Positions 1-13,584 of a stretch of DNA of 64,000 nucleotides are shown piece by piece. Under the pieces are notes generated by a model. It searched no databases, was not told the origin of the DNA, and saw nothing but the letters and a program-made list of their open reading frames with translations. The position numbers and the translations under genes were made by a program. The DNA is from Octopus vulgaris (taxonomy: Eukaryota), in assembly GCA_951406725.2 (NCBI GenBank), contig OX597842.1, positions 23,312,001-23,376,000 on the forward strand. Reading direction: 5' to 3'. The first letter of the stretch is position 1; every line of letters starts with the position of its first letter.

Positions 1-2
1 TA

Positions 3-829
<827 letters not shown>

Positions 830-1974
830 TCACAAATATCACAATAATAGTGTGTTTTTCCAAATTCTGTGGATGTTAGTGTTTAGTTGTGTCTGTATTT
901 CCAGAGAATAATTTAATGTTATGTTTCTTTCATTTGTTATTTTACTCAATGTCTAAAATAGAAAATGTAAACTGTCAAATCTTTTGTAAAGTTATCCAAC
1001 GTTAATCAAACTGTTAATTGATAATCTCCTCTACATTCCAGACAGTGAAGAAAATCAATGTTGTTGTCAAATACAATGTCCAGAAATTTTTTCCCATCAT
1101 TTGTTTAAGATCAAATTTATATTAAGAGTTTGATGTATTGATGAATGGTTCTTGTTAATACGTGGACGTCCTTCAGTCAAGGAAAGTCAATAAAAACAGA
1201 GGCACATCTGAATGAAGAAATTTCTTTTATGTTGACACGATGTGATAATCTGAAATAAGAAAAGAGGCAGTAAGATAAAATGGATAGTTAAACAACAGAG
1301 TAATTCAATTTTACGACATCAATTGTCATCCATTTAATATCTACGTTTGCATGGGTCAGAATCCATTGAGGCATTGAAACTTTTACAACATTCTGTATAT
1401 AGATGAATCGCTTCCACATTTCTCTAATTATTTATCTGTTTTCTTTCTCTTCTCTCCTTTCACTTGTTTCACCTGTGAAGTGGCATGGCTTAGTGGTTAG
1501 GGTATTTCACTCACAATTGTAAAGTTGTGAGTTCGATACACAGTGGTGCAATGAGTCTCCAAGCCATTTTATTTCACTTTGCATTAGTCCACTCAGGTGT
1601 GAAAAATGAGTTTCACCTGTAATTCAAAGGGCCAGTCTTCTCACCATCCGTGTCATGCTGTGCCTCCCTGAAGACTATATTAAGGGTCCCCATGTCTGTG
1701 GAATACTCAGACATTTGCATGTTAATTCCATGAGCAGGCTTTTCAGTTAATTGGATGAACTAAAACACAGAATGCCAGCTACTGTTTCACTCAGGGACTG
1801 TGGCCATGCTGGAGTACTTCTTTTAGAGATTTCATTTAAAAATACCAATTTTTCAGAAAGTGACGAGGAAATGAAGTCGGTGGAGCACACTTAAGTAATT
1901 ACCCCAGACGAATTTATAGTTATTCCATCAGAATTAATTAGGCAAGTTTCCTCTTATTGTGCAGTAATTAAATG

Positions 1975-2473
1975 GGATCGTTTCCCTTTGAATGGCAGAC
2001 AATTTCTAGTCAACTAAACACTTTGAAACTTCGTATACTGGTAGAATGTGTCAAAAGAAAACATTTTTTTCTCTTGGCTTTCTTGAGAAAGTTGTAATTT
2101 GTTTGTTTAACGTAGTTTAATTTTTCGAATTTTAACCAATCCTATGCTCTCTCAAAACTAAAGCAATGGAAAGTGATTTAAACAATTAACAATCAAAATA
2201 ATTCTATAAACAATTAAGAAAAAAAAAGTTAGGGTTAGTTACAGGATGTTGTCTCAGTTTTAGACGCAGCAAATGATTTTAGCTCAATAGAGGGCATAGG
2301 ATTGGTTAAAATTCAAAGAATCAAACTACGTTAAACAAACAAATTACAATTTTCTCAAGAAAGCCAAGAGAAAAAATGTTTTATTTTGACACATTCTACC
2401 AGTATACGAAGTTTCAAAGTGTTTAGTTGACTAGAAATTGTGTTGAAAACTGCCGTTCAAAAGGAAAAGATCC
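1975..2473. mobile_element. Fold-back MITE, GGATC-terminal family
   Basis: Inverted arms of ~175 bp; 8-bp TSD ATTAAATG at 1967-1974 and 2474-2481. Confidence 0.85.
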
Positions 2474-2784
2474 ATTAAATGTAAAGAACATGTAACGATT
2501 CTGAATTACCGTTAATCTACGAAATCTTTTATCTATTTACTTTCTATCACATGTAACTCTCATCGGATTTTACTCTAAAAGTTCAAATTCCACTGTGGTT
2601 CATTTTGCCTTTCAGACTTTCGAGTTCAATAAAATAAGAAGCAGGGGTCCATACAATAGAATTACACCTCCCAACCAAATTACAGGCCTTATGCCTTAAG
2701 TAAAAATGCTTATCATCATCATCATCATCATCGTTATTATTTATACACTCTGAAAAGAATTCAAGTCAAATCTCGACTTCGGCG

Positions 2785-3235
2785 GAAGGTTCTGAGTTCA
2801 AATACGGCCGAGGTCGATCTTGCCTTTCATTCCTTTCTGGAAATACTGGGGTCCATATATTCTTATTTCTTTATTGCCCACAAGGGGCTAAACAAACGGA
2901 TTAAGTCGATTACATCAACCCAGTTCGTAACTGGTCCTTAATTTATCGACCCCGAAAGGATGAAAGGCAAAGCCGACCTCGGCGGAATTTGAAACCAGAA
3001 CGTAACGGCAGACGAAATACCTGTTTCTTTACTACCCACAAGAGTCTTAAACACAGAGGGGACAAACAAGGACAGACAAAGGGATTAAGTCGATTATATC
3101 GACCCAGTGCGAAACTGGTCCGTAATTTATTGACCCCGAAAGGATGAAAGGCAAAGTCGACCTCGGCGGAATTTGAACTCAGAGCGTAACGGCTGAGGAA
3201 ATACATATTTCTTTACTACCCACAAGGGACTGAAC
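2785..3235. mobile_element. Cluster of SINE family B fragments (mostly minus strand)
   Basis: Repeated GTTCAAATTCCGCCGAGGTCGACTTTGCCTTTCATCC core with B-box-like GTTCAAAT. Confidence 0.75.
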
Positions 3236-3449
3236 CCAGAACCATAAGCTTGGTACACAAGCTACTTACCACACAGCCACTCCAGTGCCTACGTGGAAAT
3301 TATTTAAAAGAACTGCCGTCCAAACAGAAATGCGAATAAATATGACACCCAACAGAATGGGCGATTATGAGCGGAATAGAGAAGCGGTATTAATTAGATC
3401 AGGATCAAGTGGAGAGGAGGGACAATAATTGGAAAAGAGAGGAAATGCT

Positions 3450-3495
3450 GCGGGGGAGGGAACCGGAAGAGCAACGGCATGATGTCACGTCAGGA
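3450..3495. promoter_or_regulatory. Candidate promoter between divergent ZNF genes 1 and 2
   Basis: GC-richer patch with ACCGGAAG (ETS-like) and GTCACGTCA (CRE/E-box-like). Confidence 0.3.
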
Positions 3496-4035
3496 TGCCA
3501 CACCCTCAAGATGGATTATTTCATAAGGTATTTGCGGTGAAGTCATGAGCAGGAAACGGTCGTAGGATAGAATTGTTATAATAATCTGGTGGAAATTTGG
3601 AAGTGAAGTTGTTGACTGAATGCGACGAAGAAAAAGACCGGAACGAATTCAACGGATCTTTTCGGTTTGAACGGCAGTTTTTTCTAGCGGTGTGATATGA
3701 AATTATGACCCAGGGCCAGCAATGTTTCATTCAGGCGGGACCTGAGTTTTTCTCGAAAAGGATAAAAGGCGAATTCGGCTGCGGTCTTATTTGAGCTTGC
3801 CGCCAAGTGAATAAAATAATGACGATGATAATCCTTTCTACCAGAAGCACAAGGTGTCGGAAGAACATGTCCCTTCTATGTTAGCCCCCGGGGGGGGGGT
3901 AATTAAGAAATCATTCCGATGAGATCCACTTTCATCCTTTCGGAGTCGTTTAACGTCTGTTTTCAATGCTGGCATGGGTTGGACGGTTCGACTGAGGCCT
4001 GGCAAGCCAAGGAGGCTGCACCAGGCACCAAATTG

Positions 4036-4444
4036 GGATCTTTTCGGTTTGAACGGCAGTTTTTTTCTAGCGGTGTCATATGAAATTGTCACCCATAATT
4101 ATGACCCTAGTATTGATCTATTGCATTTCAATCTATTTTCGGGTTAGGGTTAGGGGTGAGGGGAAGGGAATCTTTTTTTCTTGACAAATGTAAATAAACC
4201 CAATCTGTTTCTTAAATGAGGGACATATTCATACGGCACAGAATGTTTTCACCTCAATAGACGTCATTGATTGATTGAAATTGAAGAAAAAAAACAACAA
4301 TTATTTTACAAACTATAGAATTTTCTCAATAAAGCCAAGAGAAAAAGATGTTTCATAAACACATTCTACCAGTATACGAAGTTTAAAAGTGTTTAGTTAT
4401 GTGGAAATTATTTTAAAAAACTGCCATTCAAATGGAAAAGATCC
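4036..4444. mobile_element. GGATC-terminal MITE nested in a family C repeat
   Basis: TIR GGATCTTTTCGGTTTGAACGGCAG; 8-bp TSD CCAAATTG; internal TTAGGG repeats. Confidence 0.85.
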
Positions 4445-4684
4445 CCAAATTGATCTTGTAATATTTCTAGAGCTGGATGCACTTCCTAACGCCAACCACT
4501 CTGAGAGTGTAGTGGGTGTTCTTTACATACCACTGACATCAACCAAGTTCGAATCGTGCTTTTTACATGCCACCGGCACAAGATCCAGTTGAGGCAGCAA
4601 AAGGCTCAATGCCTCAATGAATTCTGACCCCTGCAAATATTGACGTTAAATGACTGAGAGTGTTTAAGGGGTTGATGTCGTACA

Positions 4685-5050
4685 TTAGTATGCCCGGCGA
4701 AATACTTAGCGATATTTCGTCTGTCGCTACAGTTTTTAGTTCAAATTCTGCCGAGGTCAACTTTGCCTTTCATCCTTTCGGGGTCGATAGATTAAGTATC
4801 AGTTACACACTGGGGTCAATATAATCGACTTAATCCGTTTGTCTGTCCTTGTTTGGCCCCTCTGTGTTTAGCCCCTTGTGGGCAGTAAAGAAATAGGTAT
4901 TTCGTCTGCCGTTACGTTCTGAGTTCAAATTCTGCCAAGGTCAACTTTCCAGGGCAATAAATTATGTACCAGTTGCGTACTAAGGTTGATCTAATCAACT
5001 GGCTCTCTGCCACCAAATTATGGGCCTTGTGCCTAGAGTAGAAAAGAATA
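4685..5050 (+). mobile_element. SINE family B (tandem pieces)
   Basis: GTTCAAATTCTGCCGAGGTCAACTTTGCC core; matches copies at 24692 and 55535. Confidence 0.75.
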
Positions 5051-5541
5051 TTTGCAATGTTGAATTGCTATGTCATTTAACTATCCTCTTTATCTCACTG
5101 ACTCTTTTTTTCTGTTTCAGAATATCACATTCTGTTGACATAAAAGAAATTACTTCATTCAGATGTGCCTTTAATGTTTTTATCAACTTTTATTGACTAA
5201 AGGAAGACGATATATTTATAAGGAGCATTCATCAATACATCTACGTTTTTATATAAAGAAAGTCTATAACAAAATATGGTGAGATATTTCTTCTGGACGA
5301 TGGAATTAACAGCAACAATTTGAAGTCTTTGCTGTCTGGAATATAGAGGAGATGATTGCTTTACAGGTTAATCAAGCTTGGATGACTTTACAAAGGCGTA
5401 GACAATTGTCACCTCCTGATTTAGATATTAAGCAAGATCTCAGCTGAAAGAAACGGCATTAAATTATTCCCTAAAAATAGTGACAAAACTGAACACAAAC
5501 ACTCTCATAGAAATGAAATAAACACTATCATTGTGATATTT

Positions 5542-6295
5542 ATGACAGATTATCCTCTCATGATGAATCCTTTAACTGAAGCAAATAACCCTGATACAGG
5601 TGAGAAACCATATCACTCTAATACCTGTAGTGTATCATTCTGTCAGAGTGGTGTCTCGACTATACATGAACATAAACATACAGAAGAAAAGCCATACCAT
5701 TGTGATATCTGTGATAAATCATTCACTCAGAGTAGTGTCTTAACTAAACACATACGTACACATACAGGAGAGAAGCCATACCATTGCGATATCTGTGGTA
5801 AGTCATTCTCTCAGAGTGGTCATTTGACTGCACACATCCGTACACATACATGAACATAAACATACAGAAGAAAAGCCATACCATTGTGATATCTGCGGTT
5901 AATCATTCTCTAATAGTAGCAACTTAATTAAACACAACCGTACACATACAGGAGAGAGACCCTATCATTGTGATATCTGAGGTAAATCGTTCTCTCAAAG
6001 TAGTATTTTAAGTGACCACAAATGTACACATACAGGTGAGAAACCACACCATTGTGATACCTGTGGTAAATCATTCTCTTTTTGTAGTGAATTGACTAAA
6101 CACAAATATACACATACAGGTGAGGAGCCATATCCTTGTGATATCTGTGGTAAATCATACTTCAGAAATAGTCAGTTGACTATTCACAAACCTGTTCATA
6201 CAGGAGAGAGGCCATATCATTGTGGTATCTGTGGTGAATCATTCCCTCAAAAAGGTCACTTAAGTAGACATTTGAGTATTCATACACAAGTGTAA
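5542..6295 (+). pseudogene. C2H2 zinc-finger gene 2, disrupted
   Basis: ATG 5542 and stop 5853 after a short internal duplication. Later fingers contain TAA and TGA. Ends in the family terminus HTQV*. Acceptor at 5120; AATAAA at 6514 and 6535. Confidence 0.8.
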
Positions 6296-6689
6296 AACTA
6301 TCAATATAAAAATTTATTACAACATATCAACAATTATGAGTTTTTTGTCCTCTACCAGACAAGGTGTCTCCCTCTTCAAGCTTCATGTATTCAACTTCAA
6401 TTTCATGAATATCAACTTCAGTATCATGGATATATCTAAATATATCAACACAGTGAGAACTTTGATGTTTGAAGATGATTGTGCTGGAGTTTTTGAAGAA
6501 CTTGTTAGGAGAGAATAAAGGAATGGGAATAAGGAATAAAAGTTTTAAGTGACATTGATTTCGTCTTTGTTGTGTTTTCATCATCATCATCATCCTTTGA
6601 CCTTCATGCTCCTACCTCGTTTAAACAGTTAAACATCAATGTAGAGCTGTGGATAGGTCCCCAATGTAACCACAGTGTACACTGACATA

Positions 6690-7050
6690 TATCATCATCA
6701 TCATTTAGCATCCGTTTTCCATGCTAGCATGGGTTGGACGGTTCAACTGGGGTCTGGGAAGCCAGAAGGCTGCACCAGGCCAGTCAGATCTGGCAGTGTT
6801 TCTACAGCTGGATGCCCTTCCTAATGCCAACCACTCTGTGAGTGTAGTGGGTGCTTTTTACGTGCTACCGACACAGGTACCAGACCAGACGAGGCTGGTG
6901 AACAGCCACGCTCGGATGGTGCTTTTTACCTGTCACCGGCACGGAGGCCAGGCGAGGCTGGCAACAGCCACGATCGGGTGGTGTTTGTTACGTGCCACCG
7001 GCACGGAGGCCAGTCGATGTAGCGCTGGCTACGGCCACGTTCGGATGGTT
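6690..7050 (-). mobile_element. Family C repeat (SINE-like, (GAT)n tail); other copies 7805-8035, 9135-9577, 38045-38350, 38650-38940
   Basis: Shared CAGCTGGATGCCCTTCCTAATGCCAACCACTC core and CATCATCAT end. Confidence 0.75.
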
Positions 7051-8539
7051 CTCTTATATACTTACTAAATTATATACGAATTTATCCTTCAAATTATGCA
7101 TACATCCAGAAATAACTGTCTTCACATTCATAAAGAACTACACTCACTGCACGTATTCCACTGTTGACTCCATATGTATTTCTTTACTTCTTTTAATCAA
7201 TGTATTTCTTTACTTGTAGACTCCATATGATGTGAACCACTTTACAGAGTGTGTTGGATGCTTTTATGTGGCACCACACAGACACTTTTATATGCTACCA
7301 CAAGGGCATTTTTACGTGACACCACATGAATGCTTTTACATGAACCACACTGGCACGTTGCTGCACAAGTGCTACTCCCCGTCTCCAAACAGGGACTTTT
7401 ACATGGTACCACCATGGGTACTTTACACAACCACATCTTCTTGAGTACATCCAGGTCCTTTCTCATCTCACCTGAAAGGTTGAGAATCCTGAGGGTTGTT
7501 CTTCAGTATTTCATCCCATGTCTTCCTGGCTCTCCCGTTTCCATCCACTGAGAGACCAGCACTTCTTTATGAAGCTGTCAGCATCACATGACCAAACCAT
7601 TGCAGTCTCCTCTCTTGCACGCAGCAACAAATTCCTCTCATGCCTAACTTCTCTCTCAAATATGTACACTTACATAACACATCCAGTGGAGCATACTAAC
7701 CTATAAAGGTTATTTTAACGTAACGATATACTTGGTAAAATCATTAATTAATTGATTCATTAATATATATATACATATATAATTTCAATATGGAGCAAAT
7801 AATTTATCATCATCATCATCGTTTAACGTCCGTGTTTGCACGGGGTCTGCACCAGGCTCCAGTCTGATCTGGCAGTGTTTCTACAGCTGGATGCCCTTCC
7901 TAACACCAACCACTCCGTGAGTGTAGTGGGTGCTTTTTACGTGCCACCAGCACAGAAGCCATTTAAGGCGGCGCTGGAATCGGCCACATTCGGATGGTGC
8001 TTTTTATGTGCCACCGGCACAGGGGCCAGGCGAGGCTGCCCAAAAGTTGAGAGAAATTCGTTGTTTTATCAATTTGTTCCACAATTCCCATAATAAAGAT
8101 ATCATCATCATTTAACGTCCGTTTTCCATGCTAGCATGGGTTGGACGGCTCGACCTGGGCCTGGTAAGCCATAGAGGCTGCACCAGGCTCCAGTCAAACC
8201 GTCCAACCCATACTAGCATGGAAAACGGATGTTAATTGATGATGATGATGCAAACAATTTTCTTTCTCTAGGAATGTCTTACCAAAGCGAGTTTCATTTT
8301 TGCACTATTATGAATTGGTGATTGTAGATATATTCACTTGCTTATGTACTAATGCTCTTGGTTTGTTATTTTATTATTCTAGTACTTTTCCCTTCTGGAA
8401 GTCCAGCTGTCTCTATGGAAACTTCATTGTTTTTAAACATAGGAGAAATAATACAGGCTTAGATGGAAACCTTATTTCTGCGATACAAAGAAAGAAACAC
8501 CAAGTGATGATACTTGACCGCTATCTATCTTATCAGCTC

Positions 8540-9080
8540 AGTCAAAGTCGACTCTTGGTCACACGTTGGATCAGTGTCCTCCAGTCAGTTCTATCCTGGG
8601 CTGCTTCTTTCAGATTGGCTATGTCCATTCCGGTATCACTCTTGATGGTGTCAAGCCAGCAGGTTCTTGGTCGGCCTCTTCCTCTCTTGCCACTGACCAT
8701 TCCATAAATATAATATCTATCTATCCGCTCAGTCAAAGTCGACTCTCGGTTACTTGTTGGATCAATGTCCTCCAGTCAGTTCTATCCTGGGCCACTTCCT
8801 TCAGATTGGCTATGTCCATTCCTGTATCACTCTTGATGGTGTCAAGCCAGCCGGTTCTTGGTCAGCCTCTTCCTCTCTTGCCACTGACCATTCCGAGCAT
8901 GATGTCCTTCTCCAGGGATTTTCTCCGCATAATATGACCAAAATATGCCAATCTATGCTTGGTGATCCTAGCTTCTAGCGACAGTTTCGTCTTGATCTGG
9001 TTAAGAAGTTCTCCATTGGTAAGCCTCGATGTCCATGGAATCAGTAAAAGTCTTCTCCAACACCAAATTTTTAATGCACT
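8540..9080 (-). mobile_element. RTE-clade LINE 3' fragment with duplicated 3' end
   Basis: WCWRRLLLIPW...YFGHIMRR...GKRGRG..W motifs; 8540-8704 repeats 8728-8893. Confidence 0.85.
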
Positions 9081-10450
9081 ATCATTAAAAATTATTATTC
9101 TATATATATATATGTTTATATAATTATTTATCCTATGAAAGGGCACCATTCGAGCGTGATCATTACCAGCGTCGCCTTACTGGCACTTGTGCCCCGTGCT
9201 AGTAGGGTGCAAAGAGCACCATCCGAGCGTGATCGTTTCCAGAGCAGCCAACTGGCTTCCATGCCGGTGGCACATAAAAGGGCACCATTCGAGTGTGATC
9301 GTTACCAGCATCGCCTTACTGGCACCTGTGCTGGTGGCATGTGTAAAAGGATTCGAGCGAGGTCATTGCCAGTACCGCCTGACTGACCCCCATGCCGGTG
9401 GCACGTAGAAAGCACCCACCACACTCTCAGAGTGGTTGGCATTAGGAAGGGCATCCAGCTGTAGAAACTGTGCCAGATCAAGATTGGAGCCTGGTGCAGC
9501 CATCTGGTTCACCAGCCCTCAGTCAAAATCGTCCAACCCATGCTAGCATGGAAAGCGGATGTTAAACGATGATAATGACACGAATGAAGTCTCTGTTGAG
9601 ACAAGTGGACTTTCAGAAGTGAAAAGTACTAAAATGGTAAAACAAACCAAGAACATTGGTACGTAAGGATGCAAATAACATCCAGAATCATCAATCGATA
9701 ATAGAGCAAAACTGATGCCCACTTCGATAAGATATCAGCCTCGAATTACATTCTATTGAGAGTAAGAGTGAGAGAGTGTTTGTGAAAGAGACAGAGAAAG
9801 ATGGAGATGATGAGAAAGAGAAAAAAATGTGGTAGGTCTCTCCATGTTCGAAAGGTTGACAAAAATCATGGTGGGGTTGAGAATAAGAATCTCCTCCAAA
9901 ATATTTATTCTCAGTTTTATGAAAATAATCTCTATCTTGTACATTTGAAAACTCATCTCTGTAAAGTTTAATTTAAAGAAACCATTATTGAAAAGCTTAC
10001 AAGGAATCAGTCTGGCGTGGGGCACTAAACTGTACATATGCCTCATGTTCTTCCTTTGTGGTCGCTTCTCTTTTGTATCCGGGGGAAAGGGGGGTCATTG
10101 TTTATGTAGATATTGACAACTTTACAATATTCCTGAGTATAAAATAATTAACAACTTATGTCATTGTATAACATATTTAATGAGTGAAGCATTCAAAATA
10201 CAATAAACAATAAATATACTGTAATTACAAGATGCAATATTCAAGAAAGAATAATGTGTAGGGGTGTCAGGAAGAGGAGATTTGGTATAAGAGGTCCTTA
10301 CAACCTTGAAAGGAAACTGCATGAGTGGTCAAGGATGGAGTGTGAGGTGAATATTGCAAACAACAAAACAAAAAAACTTTAAAACTTTAATGATAATTTC
10401 TATTGCATAAAACACTTTCTGTGTTTTAAACAAATATAGCAAAGAAGACA

Positions 10451-11758
10451 CTACACACACGATCCTTTTGCTTTCTCTCCTGTATGAAGATGTTTGTGTC
10501 TTCTGAAGTTACTCTTATCAGAGAATGATTTACCACAAATATCACAATGGTAAGGTGTCTCTCCTGTATGAATATGTTTGTGTATAATTAAGACACTATT
10601 TTGAGAGAATGATTTACCACAGATGTCACATTGATATGGTTTCTCTCCTGTATGAGTACGTATGTGTGTAGACAAGTGACCACTTTGAGAGAATGATTTA
10701 TCACAGATATCACAATGATATGGCTTTGCTCCTGTATGAATACGTTGGTGTGACTTCAAGATATAATTTTGAGAGAATGATTTACCACAGATATCACAAT
10801 GATATGATCTCTCTCCTGTATGAATATGTTTGTGTATGGTTAAAACATTGTTTCGAGAGAATGATTTACCACAGATATCACAACGATATGGTTTCTCACC
10901 TGTATGAATACGCATGTGTGTAGATAAGTGACCACTTTGAGAGAATGTTTTACCACAAATATCACAATGATATGGTTTCGCTCCCGTGTGAGTACGTTTG
11001 TGTGACGTTAAGATATAATTTTGAGAGAATGATTTACCACAGATATTACAGTGATATGGTTTCTCTCCTGTATGAATACGACTGTGTTTTGTTAATGCAG
11101 TATTTTCAGAGAATGATTTACCACAGATATCACAATGATATGGTTTTTCTCCTGTGTGAGTACGAGTGTGCTTTGTTAACGCAGTACTGTCAGAGAATGA
11201 TTTACCACAAATATCACAACGATACTGCTTCTCGCCTGTATGAATAGTCTTGTGTATAGTTAAGACATTATTTTGGGAAAATGATTTACCACAGATATCA
11301 CAGTGATATGGCTTCTCTCCCGTATGAATATATTTGTGTTTAGATAAGTGACTACTGCTAGAGAATGATCTATCACAGATATCACAGTGATATGGTTTCT
11401 CTCCCGTATGAATACGTACATGTGTAGATAAGTGAATACTTTGAGAGAATGATTTACCACAGATATCGCAGTGATATGGTTTCTCCCCTGTATGGGTACG
11501 TTTGTGTCTAGTTAAGTGACTGCTTTGAGAGAATGATTTACCACAGATATCACAATACGATCTCTCTGCCTTATGAGTACGTTTGTGCAAAGCAACGTCA
11601 CTACTTTTAGAGAATGATTTACCACAGATATCACAGTGCAATGGTTTCTCTCCTGTATGAATATGTTTGTGTCTAGATAAGTTACTATCCTTAGAGAATG
11701 ATTCACCACAGGTATCACAATGATACACTTTCTCACCTGTATGAGTATGTTTGTGCAT
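10451..11758 (-). CDS. C2H2 zinc-finger protein 3 (15 complete fingers, plus one more in frame upstream of the Met)
   Basis: Uninterrupted 435-aa ORF of TGEKP-linked fingers. Predicted intron 12215..13584 (GTAAGT donor, tttcAG acceptor). Confidence 0.9.
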   Translation of the reverse strand: MHKHTHTGEKVYHCDTCGESFSKDSNLSRHKHIHTGEKPLHCDICGKSFSKSSDVALHKRTHKAERSYCDICGKSFSQSSHLTRHKRTHTGEKPYHCDICGKSFSQSIHLSTHVRIHTGEKPYHCDICDRSFSSSSHLSKHKYIHTGEKPYHCDICGKSFSQNNVLTIHKTIHTGEKQYRCDICGKSFSDSTALTKHTRTHTGEKPYHCDICGKSFSENTALTKHSRIHTGEKPYHCNICGKSFSQNYILTSHKRTHTGAKPYHCDICGKTFSQSGHLSTHMRIHTGEKPYRCDICGKSFSRNNVLTIHKHIHTGERSYHCDICGKSFSQNYILKSHQRIHTGAKPYHCDICDKSFSQSGHLSTHIRTHTGEKPYQCDICGKSFSQNSVLIIHKHIHTGETPYHCDICGKSFSDKSNFRRHKHLHTGEKAKGSCV

Positions 11759-12977
11759 AATTAGGTTGCTTTTTCGAGAGAACGACTTTGTACAGATATC
11801 ACAGTCATATGATCTCGTCTATTTTCTCATGTGTTCAGGGGAAAACCAATTCTATAATTTTCTCTCTCTTTTCTATTACTTTTCCTCTGAAATCCCAGTT
11901 AATATATTTTTCTTGCTTTCGTTTTTATACTTTACTCCTTACGTACACTTCTGCTGCTGTATTTCTGTCCAGTGTTACCGTTGTTTAGCAACACTTCCAT
12001 AAATTTATCCAACTTTAATCAGCACGCAAGCACTTTTTCCTGACATTCCAGTCAGAGATGCTCAGAATTGTTGCTAATATTATTATTCCAGAGCAAATAT
12101 TTTTCAAGAGACAGATTGGTAGAAACAATGTTATATATCCGTTTTGTATAATATTTTCCTTTAGTCTTTAAAACCTTGTAGATATTTAGGATTCTTCTTC
12201 TGTCATCTGATGTTCTGAAATTATAGAGAAACAACAGCGTAAAATGTAGAGGCTACTTAAAAAATACAGATTCAATCCTATGGAGATAAACTGTAGAAAA
12301 AAACATTTACCTTAACAAATGACGATTTCTTAAGGTAAATTTTATATGACACCGCTAGAAAAAATGGGAGTTTTTTCTAGTGGTGTCAAATGAAAATGTC
12401 ACCCACAATTATGACCCTAGTATCGATCTATTGCATTTCAATCTCTTTTAGGGTTAGTGGTGGGGGAAGGGTATATATTTTTTCTTTAGAAATGTAAATA
12501 AACCCAATCTGTTTCTTAAACGAGGGACATTTTCATACGGCACAGAATGGTTTTTTTTTATTACCTCAATAGAGGTAATTGATTGGTTGAAATTGCAGAA
12601 ATTGAAGAAAAAAACCCACAAATATCTTACAAACCGTAGAATTTTCTCAATAAAGCCAAGAGAAAAAGATGTTTTAAAAACACATTCTACCAGTATACGG
12701 AGTTTAAAAGTGTTTAGTTACCTAGAAATTGTTACAAACTGCCGTTCAAACCGAAAATATTATGTAATTTGTGTAAAAAAATTATAGATATTTAAAAAAA
12801 AACCTTAGTTTGTTCATAAAAATGAATTGCTTTGCGATTTAATCGCGCATGCGCGAATCAAATCATATGCATACGCCTAAGTCGTTGTAGGATCGACTAC
12901 TTACGACTAGCTAGCGCGGATACGCGACTGCGCGCATCGGGACCACTCTTCGCTAGCAGTACCGAGATCGATAGTAA

Positions 12978-13151
12978 GGTACTATTTAAGAACAGTGGTT
13001 CCGGTGCGCGCACTCGCTAGTCGTGACTGGTCGATCCTACAATGACTACCAAGCAAAGTAAATAAAACACAAAGGATGGATCGACTAGTCAAGACTAGCT
13101 AGCGCGGACATGCGAGTGCGCGCCCCGGGACCATTCTTCTTATATAGTACC
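12978..13151. mobile_element. GGTAC-terminal MITE
   Basis: TIR GGTACTATTTAAGAA / TTCTTATATAGTACC; perfect 9-bp TSD CGATAGTAA. Confidence 0.85.
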
Positions 13152-13301
13152 CGATAGTAATACTGAGAAACAATCGATAAACTAAAATAAAGTATTGATT
13201 TCCAGACATTTCAGTGGTTGGAAAGTATTTGAGAATATTTCTCAAACTAAAACACACAACGATGTAACCATGCAACAACGGACAGGGCAGAAGGTAGCTT
13301 C

Positions 13302-13490
13302 CATAGCTAGAAATAGCAGCCAAAACCCGCACAATTCATAGACATCTGTCTCCCATAGCTAGAAATAGCAGCCAAATCCCACACAATTCATAGACATCTG
13401 TCTCCCATAGCAAGAAATAGCAGCCAAATCCCGCACAAGTCTTAGACATCTCTCTTCCTTAGCTAGAAATAGCAGCCAAATCTTGCACAA
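13302..13490 (+). repeat. 52-bp intronic tandem repeat (~4 copies)
   Basis: Unit CATAGCTAGAAATAGCAGCCAAATCCCACACAATTCATAGACATCTGTCTCC; starts at 13302, 13354, 13406. Confidence 0.9.
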
Positions 13491-13584
13491 ATGATTCATA
13501 AAAGAGAGAAGAGGAGCAAATAATTACGCGCCAAACACCGAAAATTAAAGAAAACATTGAATCTTTTCATTGTTTAATACTTAC

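Noticed and set aside
4141-4170. TTAGGG repeats as a telomere or fusion site
   Set aside because: Only 2-3 units, internal to a multicopy MITE.
13302-13490. GCTAGAAATAGC matches the engineered sgRNA tetraloop
   Set aside because: Only the short core matches, the rest of the scaffold is absent, and the intervening sequences are homologous rather than unique spacers.
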